Of a stretch of DNA of 64,000 nucleotides, positions 1 to 8,724 are shown piece after piece. The position numbers were made by a program, and so were the translations under genes. Under the pieces are notes generated by a model that saw only the letters and a list, made by a program, of their open reading frames with translations, had not been told where the DNA came from and searched no databases. The first letter of the stretch is position 1; every line of letters starts with the position of its first letter. Source of the stretch: Rhodothermales bacterium (lineage in GTDB: Bacteria; Bacteroidota; Rhodothermia; Rhodothermales; Bin80); the NCBI GenBank assembly GCA_965116685.1, contig OZ220707.1:787655-851654 (forward strand), written 5' to 3'.

Positions 1-243
1 ACGCTCATCTCCCTGGACTTCCCCCTCGATCACCAGCGATGTCTCCTGAGTTGCAACAGATGCATTTTCCCATGAAGACGCATCTACATTCTGCTGATTC
101 ACCACACACTGAACCAGACCTGTCCCATCACGGAGGACCAAGAAGAATAGTCCCTTGGAACCACGCTTTTGCTGTAACCAGCCCCGCAGAGTCGCGGTCT
201 GCCCAATCTGCTCTGCTAGCGAGTCTATTGTTGTTGTTTCCAC
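1..243 (-). CDS. asnS: Asparagine--tRNA ligase, N-terminal part (gene continues beyond the window start)
   Basis: Hand translation of the minus strand from a GTG at 243-241 gives VETTTIDSLAEQIGQTATLRGWLQQKRGSKGLFFLVLRDGTGLVQCVVNQQ...SLVIEGEV. This is the OB-fold anticodon-binding N-terminus typical of AsnS/AspS class IIb synthetases. It is not in the ORF track because it is open-ended. Confidence 0.75.
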   Translation of the reverse strand, partial: METTTIDSLAEQIGQTATLRGWLQQKRGSKGLFFLVLRDGTGLVQCVVNQQNVDASSWENASVATQETSLVIEGEVQGDER

Positions 244-244
244 G

Positions 245-1672
245 TTAATACCTATCGGAAATTCTTTGAGGCCAGTCAGGAAGCTTCCGCTCACCCGCAA
301 CTGTAGAGTGAATCAATTCGAAATCGCCAAACCCATCTAAATCCGCAAATATAAACTCAGCCTGTCCCTCACCGGGAATGTTATTGTACTTCCATATCTC
401 GTATGGCTTTCGTCCTCGCTCATACATATTCGATTCAATATCTGTTGGCCTGCCATACCTTAGGAGAGTATTCCCGCGGTCCGTCTCCCACCCTTCGACT
501 CGCTGAGCAGAATAGCGTTCATTGGCATACGTCAGCAAGCGATAGAACTCATCCCGGAACTCATTCCCCCCTGCCCCCGGAGTTGGATCACGTACCTCCC
601 AGAAATTCATTAATAATCTTCTTCGCTCATCCAAATCTTCAACACGTCGAATCCGCCTGGACTCCTGTTCATTCGCAATGGCTTGAATATACTTCAATTC
701 CCTTTCTATTTCTTCCTCCGTCATAGTTACATAGCTGCTTGTCTCAAATGTCTCGTTACCCGCAATCGCGCTGGGCCGGGGAGCATCTACAGATGGATTG
801 AAAACAAAGAATTTTCGGCTCTCTTCTACCACAGCTTCATTGGTGCCACTCAGAATTGCCATGCGGAGAAAGTAGGTTCCCGATCCAAGGTCAGACAAAT
901 CAAATGAACCAACAAAAATATCTGTCTGACGCACCTTACGTTTCGATCGCTTCTCAAGCCCCGGAACCGAAATGGGACTGCTTGCTTCTGCCACATACAT
1001 GAGCACGGTATACTCACTTGAATCTGACGCAACACAACCGGTGTTGTAGGCTTCTGCATAATAGAATAGTTTTGCAGAACCCGCGCCGTACAATTGATTC
1101 GTATTCGGGAGGATCAATAATCCATTCTTGTAGTGGGGATCCTCGTTATCACCCGAATCCACAATACTGGAAGCCAAAATGATGTCTGAAAGCGAACAGC
1201 GTTCCTCTTGGCTGTAATCAGGTATGATCAGATCTCGGCGTGACTGGACCACTTCCTGCTCTGTAATCGACAGATCCACTTGCAGCTCATACTCACCTGG
1301 AACCGCCGTGAATCGAGTTTGGCGCAAAAAAACTTGCCCCTCAATCATGGAAGATGTGTCGGGCACGAAGAAGCGCAATTCATCTTCCTGCACCCACACG
1401 GGGCGATCTTTTGTCAGATCCCGGTTCGCATCTGCTGAGGAACGTGCCAAGCTCAAATGAAGTGGAATCTCGGCGCTGTACCCCGAGTCCTGTGCCGCAT
1501 ACGTGAGGGAACTCGCCTCCACCGCCATATAAAGCTCCACCAGGGACTCCTGCTCATCATAGGCGAAAGAAGCGTAATCAATCTCAATCTGAGGTGATCG
1601 TTGAGCCATTACGCTGGACACCACAAAGAGCAGACTACCAATTATCGCTGTTAGGCTGCGGATGCTGTGCAT
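245..1672 (-). CDS. GWxTD domain-containing secreted protein
   Basis: The ORF is 245..1741. The C-terminal region contains GWETDRG...YGRPTD...YEIWKY, the GWxTD signature. The internal Met at 1672 begins a signal-peptide-like MHSIRSLTAIIGSLLFVVSSVMAQ, so 1672 is the likelier start. Confidence 0.85.
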   Translation of the reverse strand: MHSIRSLTAIIGSLLFVVSSVMAQRSPQIEIDYASFAYDEQESLVELYMAVEASSLTYAAQDSGYSAEIPLHLSLARSSADANRDLTKDRPVWVQEDELRFFVPDTSSMIEGQVFLRQTRFTAVPGEYELQVDLSITEQEVVQSRRDLIIPDYSQEERCSLSDIILASSIVDSGDNEDPHYKNGLLILPNTNQLYGAGSAKLFYYAEAYNTGCVASDSSEYTVLMYVAEASSPISVPGLEKRSKRKVRQTDIFVGSFDLSDLGSGTYFLRMAILSGTNEAVVEESRKFFVFNPSVDAPRPSAIAGNETFETSSYVTMTEEEIERELKYIQAIANEQESRRIRRVEDLDERRRLLMNFWEVRDPTPGAGGNEFRDEFYRLLTYANERYSAQRVEGWETDRGNTLLRYGRPTDIESNMYERGRKPYEIWKYNNIPGEGQAEFIFADLDGFGDFELIHSTVAGERKLPDWPQRISDRY

Positions 1673-1826
1673 AAGTTTGCTCTCAACCAATACCCTGGGC
1701 TCTATGCACGATTCCATCAAAATTGATTTTGTGTTTCTCACTTATCGGTAAAATGGATAGGATACCATGCTGTTCAAAAGATCCCAAGAGTAAATCTATT
1801 GGATCTCTGCCCATCATGCCCCTGCC

Positions 1827-2267
1827 CTACTGATTCGCCAACACACCTGCTATATCTGGAGGAGTCCAATCTCGTGGTTTCATCCACTTGCCATCCTCAC
1901 GGGCGTAACTGCCGGGTCCAAACTTTCGCAAATTCGCTTCATCTACCTCACGGAGTAGCTCCTCATCATCTATCCCAAACGCAATTAAGGTGCCCACCGT
2001 TACGACAGATATGTCTGCACACCCATCCGCTACACCTTCTAGATCAATCAGCTTATCCGGCATAAACTCGCACGACTCTATATCTACTTCTCCCCCCTGA
2101 ACCTGAACCGAGATACCAAGGGCATCTATGGTTTCCAATGCTTCTTCAAGAATCAGACGAGCACGAAGCAGCCGTGTATGTTCATCTGGAACTACCACTT
2201 CTGTGGGGGTAGCTTGACCGACCTTCTCCATAAAAGTTTTTACACGCTGATAGTGTTCTGTTGACAT
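1827..2267 (-). CDS. All-alpha NTP pyrophosphohydrolase-like protein (MazG / PRA-PH-like superfamily)
   Basis: 146 aa. The pattern RLLRARLILEEALETIDALG ... DLEGVADGCADISVVTVGT ... EVDEANLRKF resembles the MazG-like four-helix pyrophosphohydrolase fold. Assigned by pattern only. Confidence 0.55.
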   Translation of the reverse strand: MSTEHYQRVKTFMEKVGQATPTEVVVPDEHTRLLRARLILEEALETIDALGISVQVQGGEVDIESCEFMPDKLIDLEGVADGCADISVVTVGTLIAFGIDDEELLREVDEANLRKFGPGSYAREDGKWMKPRDWTPPDIAGVLANQ

Positions 2268-2534
2268 AGTAGCTCATGATGGTTTTTACAAAAATAGGGA
2301 TTCCGTATCAGATTCGAATGAATGCAGGAAGTGCCTCTAAAATTTGCCCTGGAGCACTTTGTCCCCCTGGCAATGAATGCAGCCGGGCCAGCAGTACGCA
2401 GTCAGATCGCATTCTCAATGGCCCGACCACCGCATCTTTTGCAAAATCTGGCACACCACGACGCTTCCCCTCGGAACTGCTTCGCCTATTTCCTTCCTAT
2501 GCTCTCGCCCACACACAAGACAACCCCACCTCAC

Positions 2535-3653
2535 TCACACGAAAGACTCTATCAGAGCATCATATTGCTCTACATGGACCGACCAATCAAGACTCTCTAC
2601 GACTCCCCGAAGTGTTCTGGCGGGAAGTGGATGCTCCTCTCCGGTCAACATCCCCTTCAAAATTGTAAATAACTCTTCCTCCGTGTCATAAAGGATGGGC
2701 GCGTGCAGTAATGGTTTATGTAGATTTTCTGGAATCAATTCCGGATAACTCAAACGATTTGGTAACAGGGGATGACACCCACAATAGATCGCTTCCATGA
2801 TTGCGATTCCAAAAAATTCGTGAACCGCGGTTGACACGACAATATCTGCACGATGCAACAACCGGCTGTACTCCTCAAAATCCTCTGCATATCCGTAGTG
2901 TAGAATTCGCTCGGCATAACGTTCAAACGCAACATCGAATTCAGATGGCTGCTCTTCAAAACGCTTACCTGCAAGAATCAATCGAAACCGGCAACCTGCA
3001 TCATCCAAACGATTCATGATCCTAAAGAAAGCCTCTGGATTCTTATCATATTCCCAACGCTGATTCCAGAGCACAATCGGTGGACCATCTCTCGCATCCC
3101 CTGTGCTGGCATAGCGCGCATGTGCTTGAAGATCCATTCCCAGATGCATGACCTGACTCTTTGCACGAATTTCCGATACGGTGTGCAAATGAGTATAGTC
3201 TGGAAATACACGCAGCAGGCCAGGAAGAGCACGGATAAATTCTTTGTAATGGAACTCTGTATTGAAGACCACCTGATCCGCTGCTAGGCATGAGAGGTAA
3301 TTGATATATGCATACGATAAATCGCGCTTCTCCTCACTTGATAGCGGATAGGTCAGTTGATTCTCGTGCAAATAATAAATTACCGGCACGCTACCGATCT
3401 CTTTTCGGGCCAGGGCCAAAAACGCCGGCAGATTGACCATACTAGAAGCCAAAATTACGTCGGGCTGAAAGCCATCTGTAATCAGCTGCCTGGATTTTCG
3501 CGCAAGTGTCTGGGCTCCACCCTGAAGTCTCCACTTCCAAAATCTTGATGCCATGGTTACGAGTTGATACTCGTGACGGCTATTTTGAATGAGTCCGCTT
3601 ACAAAATTCCGATGCGAACCACCGTACCATGGCTCAAGTGCCAGTACTTTCAT
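2535..3653 (-). CDS. DUF3524-type glycosyltransferase (GT4-like; homologue family of tRNA-queuosine mannosyltransferase GTDC1/QTMAN)
   Basis: 372 aa. The N-terminus MKVLALEPWYGGSHRNF...RFWKWRLQGGA is characteristic of DUF3524. The C-terminal half has a GT-B motif (STAVHEFFGIAIMEAIYCGCHPLLPNRLSYPE). Confidence 0.8.
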   Translation of the reverse strand: MKVLALEPWYGGSHRNFVSGLIQNSRHEYQLVTMASRFWKWRLQGGAQTLARKSRQLITDGFQPDVILASSMVNLPAFLALARKEIGSVPVIYYLHENQLTYPLSSEEKRDLSYAYINYLSCLAADQVVFNTEFHYKEFIRALPGLLRVFPDYTHLHTVSEIRAKSQVMHLGMDLQAHARYASTGDARDGPPIVLWNQRWEYDKNPEAFFRIMNRLDDAGCRFRLILAGKRFEEQPSEFDVAFERYAERILHYGYAEDFEEYSRLLHRADIVVSTAVHEFFGIAIMEAIYCGCHPLLPNRLSYPELIPENLHKPLLHAPILYDTEEELFTILKGMLTGEEHPLPARTLRGVVESLDWSVHVEQYDALIESFV

Positions 3654-3913
3654 GAGCGTTTAGATTTTCTCGTCTTCTTCTTGCGGCCAAATTTCTCCTG
3701 CACTTCTTTGTTTTCCTCTTCTGTGAGCGGGCGAACGATCGCCAATTCACGAACTTGCAGCAAATCCCTTAATGCATTATCCATGACTTCCTGAGAAGTA
3801 ACGGGAACCATACCTCCGGCTGGAATCTCAATCTTACGCCCTTCCAGTTTAACGGAGATTGCCTTCTTGTTCGTGTTTTTGATGATCATGCCTTTACGGT
3901 GCCGGGCTATCAT
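3650..3913 (-). CDS. Hypothetical small protein with a Lys/Arg-rich C-terminal tail
   Basis: 87 aa ORF. Its stop overlaps the start of the downstream glycosyltransferase by 4 nt (operon-like). I recognise no family. Confidence 0.45.
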   Translation of the reverse strand: MIARHRKGMIIKNTNKKAISVKLEGRKIEIPAGGMVPVTSQEVMDNALRDLLQVRELAIVRPLTEEENKEVQEKFGRKKKTRKSKRS

Positions 3914-3948
3914 GATTTTATCATATTCGATTAGTTCAAAGTATACGA

Positions 3949-4611
3949 CTATTTATGTGAAGACCATGCAAAACGTCCAGTCTTTGGGGCATAATCCTCA
4001 ATACACAGAAGTTGATCTGCCATGGCAATTTCATCTTCCGAATTGGAAGCAATCACAACCAGGTGCCCGGATTGCTTCGCTCCAACTACCATCTTCCTGA
4101 AAATTTCTTTTCCTTTTAGATCCAGGCCCAACATTGGCTCATCCAGCAAAAGAACCTTGGGTTCATGGAATAAAGCCGCTGCAAGACGCACCCGCTGCTG
4201 CATGCCTGTTGAGTAGGTTCTTACCGGTTCGTCAATGTAAGCGATCAATCCAACGTCTGCGACCGTGGATTCTATCCGTGCTGGACTTGAGTCCATTGAT
4301 CGGGCCTTCCCTATAAATCTAAGATTCTCTCGCAACGTCAGATCCTCATATACATTCACATACGGTGCCACAAGCCCTATGTATAAAGCATGCTGTTCTC
4401 GTGGAATGACTTGTTCTGCAAGAATCAGTTTTACTTCACCGTTTGTCGGTCGGAGGATCCCTGCCAGCATCTTCAGCAAGGTTGACTTTCCCGAGCCATT
4501 TGCACCGGTGATTGCCAAGATATCCCCAGAGAACAATTCCAAGTCAATCCCGCTAAAAATTCGCCGGTATCCGTAGCTGTGTCCGCCGCCTTGTACCGTT
4601 AAATGGATCAT
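3949..4611 (-). CDS. ABC transporter ATP-binding protein (no adjacent permease)
   Basis: Walker A GANGSGKSTLLK, signature YSTGMQQRV, Walker B LLLDEPMLGLD. The ORF extends to 4650, but the Met at 4611 (MIHLTVQ...) fits the usual N-terminus. Confidence 0.85.
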   Translation of the reverse strand: MIHLTVQGGGHSYGYRRIFSGIDLELFSGDILAITGANGSGKSTLLKMLAGILRPTNGEVKLILAEQVIPREQHALYIGLVAPYVNVYEDLTLRENLRFIGKARSMDSSPARIESTVADVGLIAYIDEPVRTYSTGMQQRVRLAAALFHEPKVLLLDEPMLGLDLKGKEIFRKMVVGAKQSGHLVVIASNSEDEIAMADQLLCIEDYAPKTGRFAWSSHK

Positions 4612-4735
4612 TCTACTCGTGCATGAAGCATTTATCAATATCTGCACCACACTTCAAAACCATGATTCGGGTCAACTCCCAGATACAATGATAAAGTAAT
4701 TTCACGATGTGAACCGTTTGAAAATCATAACAAAT

Positions 4736-5479
4736 TCAAACCAGACCGAGAATTCGCAGGGCCATGATCAGTACAGCAACGACCATGACTCCTCGTATGA
4801 CTTTTTCGCCTCGCCGAATGGCGACCTTCACTGCGATAAACGCCCCCGTCGCGTTTCCCGCGGCCAAAGTCAATCCAAACCCCCAATCCACTTTACCCAA
4901 CATCGCAAATACAAAAAGTGTTGGAATCGTGTAAAGTAATACAACCGTGACTTTATGGACGGTGGTCGTCACCAAATCAAGATGCAATAAGTGGAAAAAT
5001 ACAGCCATAAATAAAAACCCGATGCCTATCTGAATAAATCCTCCATAGAATCCAATCAATAGAAGTGTCGGTCCCGTCCAGACTGATTTCCTCGCAATCT
5101 TATCAAAAGCCTCACTCCCTCGCGGAATAAGCATGGTCAGAACGACCACAACCAACAGGCCAGCAAGAATTTTTTCGAACAGGGCATCTTCAATCCTGGT
5201 AGCCATAAAAGCACCCGATATGGCTCCTGGGATCGTCCATAACCCATAGGATATACTTTTGCGTATGCAAGTCTTCTTCTCAGACGAAAACGTCAGCGTG
5301 GCCGATATATTCTGGACAAGAATCGCCACACGATTCGTCCCATTCGCTACACCGGCATCAAGTCCCAGTAAGACGAGCGCAGGTAGCGTAATCGTTGAGC
5401 CTCCCCCCGCCATCACGTTCATAATTCCTGCGGCCACCCCTGCGAAAAAGAGGATCAAGAGGGCATGCAACTCCGGCAT
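4736..5479 (-). CDS. TauE/SafE family sulfite/anion exporter (membrane protein)
   Basis: 247 aa and highly hydrophobic. AGGGSTITLPALVLLGL...GTNRV and a second repeat half are typical of TauE/SafE (DUF81). Confidence 0.85.
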   Translation of the reverse strand: MPELHALLILFFAGVAAGIMNVMAGGGSTITLPALVLLGLDAGVANGTNRVAILVQNISATLTFSSEKKTCIRKSISYGLWTIPGAISGAFMATRIEDALFEKILAGLLVVVVLTMLIPRGSEAFDKIARKSVWTGPTLLLIGFYGGFIQIGIGFLFMAVFFHLLHLDLVTTTVHKVTVVLLYTIPTLFVFAMLGKVDWGFGLTLAAGNATGAFIAVKVAIRRGEKVIRGVMVVAVLIMALRILGLV

Positions 5480-5488
5480 GAAGCTGTC

Positions 5489-6301
5489 TCAGCGGCGGAT
5501 CATGGCAATTGACTTCGTCCCACCCTCCAGACTTGACTGCCCGCGAGACAACCGAAAACCTCCCGGGTGGCGCCAATCATCTAGTGCATCCACATTGATC
5601 GCTGGATCGCGCACGATAAAATTCATGAGCTGCCCACGATAAACCGCATCCTCTTTCACGACACTTCCATCTCCATTGTAGAACCTCACCGTTGCTCGTG
5701 AAACATGAGATCCATCATCGTCCCATGCCTCGTGATAGGACTCTGGCAATAAATCCCATACAAAGCGATTCCGTACCACTTTATTCAGAAACGGGCTGAT
5801 ATATGGCTTCCAGAAAGTAGTCAGCAGACCGATTTCGGGAAGAGCGGCAGACATTTTGAGCTTGTATTCCGGCAACAGATCATCCGGGCGAAGCAGTCCG
5901 AATAGACCACTGAAAATGACACTGTTTTCCAATAGACGTCTCTGCGCCCCTGTAGGAAGTCCATCAAAGTCAACTGCACTGAAAAATGGATCTGGCACAA
6001 ACCGTTCACGTGCTGACATCAACGGTGCAGAATAAACAGCCTTTGCCAGTTTCACACTGTCTGAGAGTCCTTCGGGGCCAAAGACATCTTTTAGGGCCTC
6101 CGTTTCGTCACGTCGGATAAGCTCCAACAACTGATCTAAAATTTCCCGGCGTTGGGGGATCAACTGATGAAAATAGTTGAAGGTCGTCTTAGAGCGATAA
6201 TCGAAAACATCTGGAGCGAACGGATTCCCCCCGCTCGCCATGAAATTCGCCGACGCAACCAGCACTGCAAACCGATCGTCGATAATTCTCCTCCCTTTCA
6301 A
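5489..6301 (-). CDS. yaaA: YaaA/DUF328 family peroxide-stress protein
   Basis: The central motif FSGLFGLLRPDDLLPEYKLKMSAAL...LTTFWKPYI matches the E. coli YaaA pattern [20 protein letters not shown]...LYQFWGDII. Confidence 0.7.
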   Translation of the reverse strand: MKGRRIIDDRFAVLVASANFMASGGNPFAPDVFDYRSKTTFNYFHQLIPQRREILDQLLELIRRDETEALKDVFGPEGLSDSVKLAKAVYSAPLMSARERFVPDPFFSAVDFDGLPTGAQRRLLENSVIFSGLFGLLRPDDLLPEYKLKMSAALPEIGLLTTFWKPYISPFLNKVVRNRFVWDLLPESYHEAWDDDGSHVSRATVRFYNGDGSVVKEDAVYRGQLMNFIVRDPAINVDALDDWRHPGGFRLSRGQSSLEGGTKSIAMIRR

Positions 6302-6621
6302 GGTTCCGAACGTCCTGAAGACGCAGCCCCCATGATCTCTTCCATCTGCGAATTTATTTCCTGCGCCTGCTCATTTGCTTTTGCTACAAGCGCCTCCCCT
6401 TCAGACTTCGCGCCTGCATTTTCCGGGGGCTCTTTCATTGTATCTGTCAAGCTTCCAACCTGTTTAGCCAACTCCTCCAAGTGAAAGGTTACCCGACGAC
6501 GTAACCGACTACCTTCTTCAGGAGCCAGAAGAAGTCCCAGTGTAAAACCTACTCCTCCCCCCATCAGAAGCCCCCAACCTAGGGCGCGTGTCACATCTGC
6601 TAAACCATAATTCCTAGACAT
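6298..6621 (-). CDS. YtxH domain-containing protein
   Basis: 107 aa. It has an N-terminal TM/Gly-rich segment GWGLLMGGGVGFTLGLLLAPEEGSRLRRR followed by a helical acidic tail. There is a 4-nt overlap with the yaaA-like start. Confidence 0.6.
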   Translation of the reverse strand: MSRNYGLADVTRALGWGLLMGGGVGFTLGLLLAPEEGSRLRRRVTFHLEELAKQVGSLTDTMKEPPENAGAKSEGEALVAKANEQAQEINSQMEEIMGAASSGRSEP

Positions 6622-6700
6622 TGCTCTTGGACTGTATATAATGACTACCTACCGACCTCAATTCCAAGCCAGATCAAAGACCAGTATCAAATCGTCAAAC

Positions 6701-6796
6701 CTAACGATTTCGCTTTTTATGACGATTTTTACGCAGTCGTTTTTTGCGCTTATGTGTTGCGATCTTATGACGCTTCCTTTTCTTGCCACAGGGCAT
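6701..6796 (-). CDS. Very small, highly basic protein (31 aa), AURKAIP1/COX24-like motif
   Basis: Hand translation gives MPCGKKRKRHKIATHKRKKRLRKNRHKKRNR then stop (TAG at 6703-6701). It is below the ORF-track cutoff. The KRKRHK.ATHKRKKRLRKNRHKK pattern is a small conserved ORF I recognise from Bacteroidota annotations. Confidence 0.6.
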   Translation of the reverse strand: MPCGKKRKRHKIATHKRKKRLRKNRHKKRNR

Positions 6797-6932
6797 GTAA
6801 TGATTTATTTTCTAGTTAAGGTACAACAGGACCAACAAAGAACCATATTCTACTGGGAAGCGCACTGAGTAGTTCCATTCTCGTACTCTGTCCATTCCAT
6901 CAAAATAACTTATATTTCTTACACTCAGACTG

Positions 6933-7763
6933 GTGACTCTCATTTCTACCATAGACAATTACTTTATTCCGCCAAATCTACAATCTCACGAATCCGGCGG
7001 ATTCGAATATATTGATTCAGGTGACGATCTTGAGTGTCCGCCGATCCTTCTCCTGCATGGACTTCTAGGAAATCCAGAGGGCTGGTTTGATGCGGCTTCC
7101 GCACTGGTAGACAATGGGTATCGTGCAATCGTCCCCAATTTGAAGATGGATTATCTACCCCGTAGACAGTCCAATGTACAGGGGCTCGTAGACTACCTAC
7201 ATACATTTATCACTTTCCTGGGGCTGGAGGAAATGATCCTGGTTGGCAATTCTCTGGGCGGGCAAATTGCCATCAGATATATTACCTGTCACCCGGAACG
7301 TGTTGCTGGTCTGATACTATCCGCCTCTTCAGGGATTTACGAAACAGAAGTAGGGCATACAACTTTTCGACGTAATGATCGTGATTATATTCGAGTCAAA
7401 GCGGAAAAGACATTCTACGACCCAGCAATGGTAACCGAAGATCTGGTTAATCGCATATTTGATATTGCTACGAGCAGATCACGCGCACTTCGTTTTGTCT
7501 GGCTTGCTCGCAGCTCCATGAAGGATCTCGTGGTTGACGAACTCCACGAGATTAACGTACCCGCTTTCCTCATCTGGGGTTCAGAAGATCAGATCACCCC
7601 GCCTGATGTCGCCTACATGTTTCAGGAACTACTTCCTAATGCAAAATTGCAGTTCATCGAAAAATGTGGCCATGCTCCAATGATGGAGCATCCTGAGGCA
7701 TTCAACCAATTGATGATCGAATTCCTGGATTACTCGTTCAGCAAAATCACTGCTTCTGTCTAA
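6933..7763 (+). CDS. Alpha/beta-fold hydrolase
   Basis: 276 aa with a GTG start. Features are the HG oxyanion motif (LLLHGLLG), the nucleophile elbow GNSLGG, and a C-terminal GHAPMMEHPE. Confidence 0.85.
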   Translation: MTLISTIDNYFIPPNLQSHESGGFEYIDSGDDLECPPILLLHGLLGNPEGWFDAASALVDNGYRAIVPNLKMDYLPRRQSNVQGLVDYLHTFITFLGLEEMILVGNSLGGQIAIRYITCHPERVAGLILSASSGIYETEVGHTTFRRNDRDYIRVKAEKTFYDPAMVTEDLVNRIFDIATSRSRALRFVWLARSSMKDLVVDELHEINVPAFLIWGSEDQITPPDVAYMFQELLPNAKLQFIEKCGHAPMMEHPEAFNQLMIEFLDYSFSKITASV

Positions 7764-7774
7764 GCAACATCTCC

Positions 7775-8221
7775 GTGTACAAAAACCTTCTTGCGGTCTT
7801 GTTTCTGACCTTGACGGTGATCGGTTGCTCTCCTACGCTACATCCTCTTTACCGGGACTACGTGCACAATTACGATGGTGATATTCCGATTTTTCAGATT
7901 GAAGAAGCTCTGATAGAAGCGGGATGGGAATTGCTCCCGTCTTCCCCACCAAATACGGTTTCTACGGTGAATCGCGAAATTCGTGACTGGCTTCTATACA
8001 AAGTGGTCGTTCAGGTAGAGGCCGTACCGATCGGTGCTCGGCATGTACGCCTGTTTGTGCACCCCTATCGAATCTACCCAAGTGGTTCCCGCAGTAAAAT
8101 TCCCTTTCTGAAACGCAGTATCCGTCGCCGGACCATTCATGATATTGATCGGGTTTTTGAATCACATGGGCTCATCGCGTTCGGAACGGACATGTCCCGG
8201 GATCAAGTTCGTTCAAGGTAA
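7775..8221 (+). CDS. Hypothetical lipoprotein
   Basis: 148 aa with a GTG start. It has a signal peptide with a lipobox, LTLTVIGC. No family recognised. Confidence 0.55.
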   Translation: MYKNLLAVLFLTLTVIGCSPTLHPLYRDYVHNYDGDIPIFQIEEALIEAGWELLPSSPPNTVSTVNREIRDWLLYKVVVQVEAVPIGARHVRLFVHPYRIYPSGSRSKIPFLKRSIRRRTIHDIDRVFESHGLIAFGTDMSRDQVRSR

Positions 8222-8306
8222 TTTCCTTCCCTGAGTACCCGGCTTGGATTCGTCAAGATTACGATGATGCAACCTTTCTCTGACTGTTGGGTAAGCTACG
8301 TCCTAT

Positions 8307-8674
8307 GGGGATGATCAGGCTTCGACGGATTGCATCGCGCAACAAGCTGCGTGTCGAGTCAATCTGGCTTGGACTCGTAAAAATCACGTCAGAAAACCTG
8401 TAACTGCGAACGATTATTCGTACGCGATGGCGGCATAAACCCGCTATCTGTCTTCTATGCATACCCGCTCACAGGTGGTATAGAAGGCATCGCCAAGTGT
8501 GAGCACCCTATCCGGATTCCGGCTGGATCCCGATAGCGGTACCGATCAGCCTTTGCTGACACCCGGCTTTGGTCGCACGCCAAGGGTAGATGCAAGATAT
8601 TAAGGTGTGACCTACACACGTAGACGCTTGTCTGTCCGACCTTTCGGACCCGGGTTCGATTCCCGGCATCTCCA
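8307..8674 (+). ncRNA. ssrA: tmRNA (SsrA)
   Basis: The 5' GGGGATGATCAGGCTTCGACGG pairs with the 3' CATCTCC plus discriminator A, with a G3:U pair as in tRNA-Ala. A T-arm GGGTTCGATTCCCGG is present. An internal tag frame GCG AAC GAT TAT TCG TAC GCG ATG GCG GCA TAA (8406-8438) encodes ANDYSYAMAA. The 3' CCA is not encoded (genomic CAA). Confidence 0.9.
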
Positions 8675-8678
8675 CAAC

Positions 8679-8705
8679 AGAATGCCCGCTTCATGCGGGC
8701 ATTCT
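8679..8705. terminator. Bidirectional intrinsic terminator hairpin between ssrA and the convergent TIM-barrel gene
   Basis: An 11-bp perfect stem agaatgcccgc / gcgggcattct with a 5-nt loop, followed by a T-rich stretch. Confidence 0.6.
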
Positions 8706-8724
8706 TGGTTGATTCTGATTTGCT

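Noticed and set aside
6641-6868. Plus-strand 75-aa ORF in the ytxH to hydrolase gap
   Set aside because: It has low-complexity hydrophobic/odd composition and no family resemblance. The opposite strand carries a recognisable conserved 31-aa basic ORF.
8640-8677. tRNA-like T-arm and acceptor end (GGGTTCGATTCCCGG...TCCA)
   Set aside because: This is not an independent tRNA gene. It is the 3' tRNA-like domain of the tmRNA, and the matching 5' acceptor strand is about 360 nt upstream at 8307.
8259-8694. Two minus-strand ORFs (8259-8462 at 67 aa, 8455-8694 at 79 aa) listed in the ORF track
   Set aside because: They lie entirely over the tmRNA gene on the opposite strand. Their composition is Arg/Cys-rich and not protein-like, and the tmRNA explains the region.
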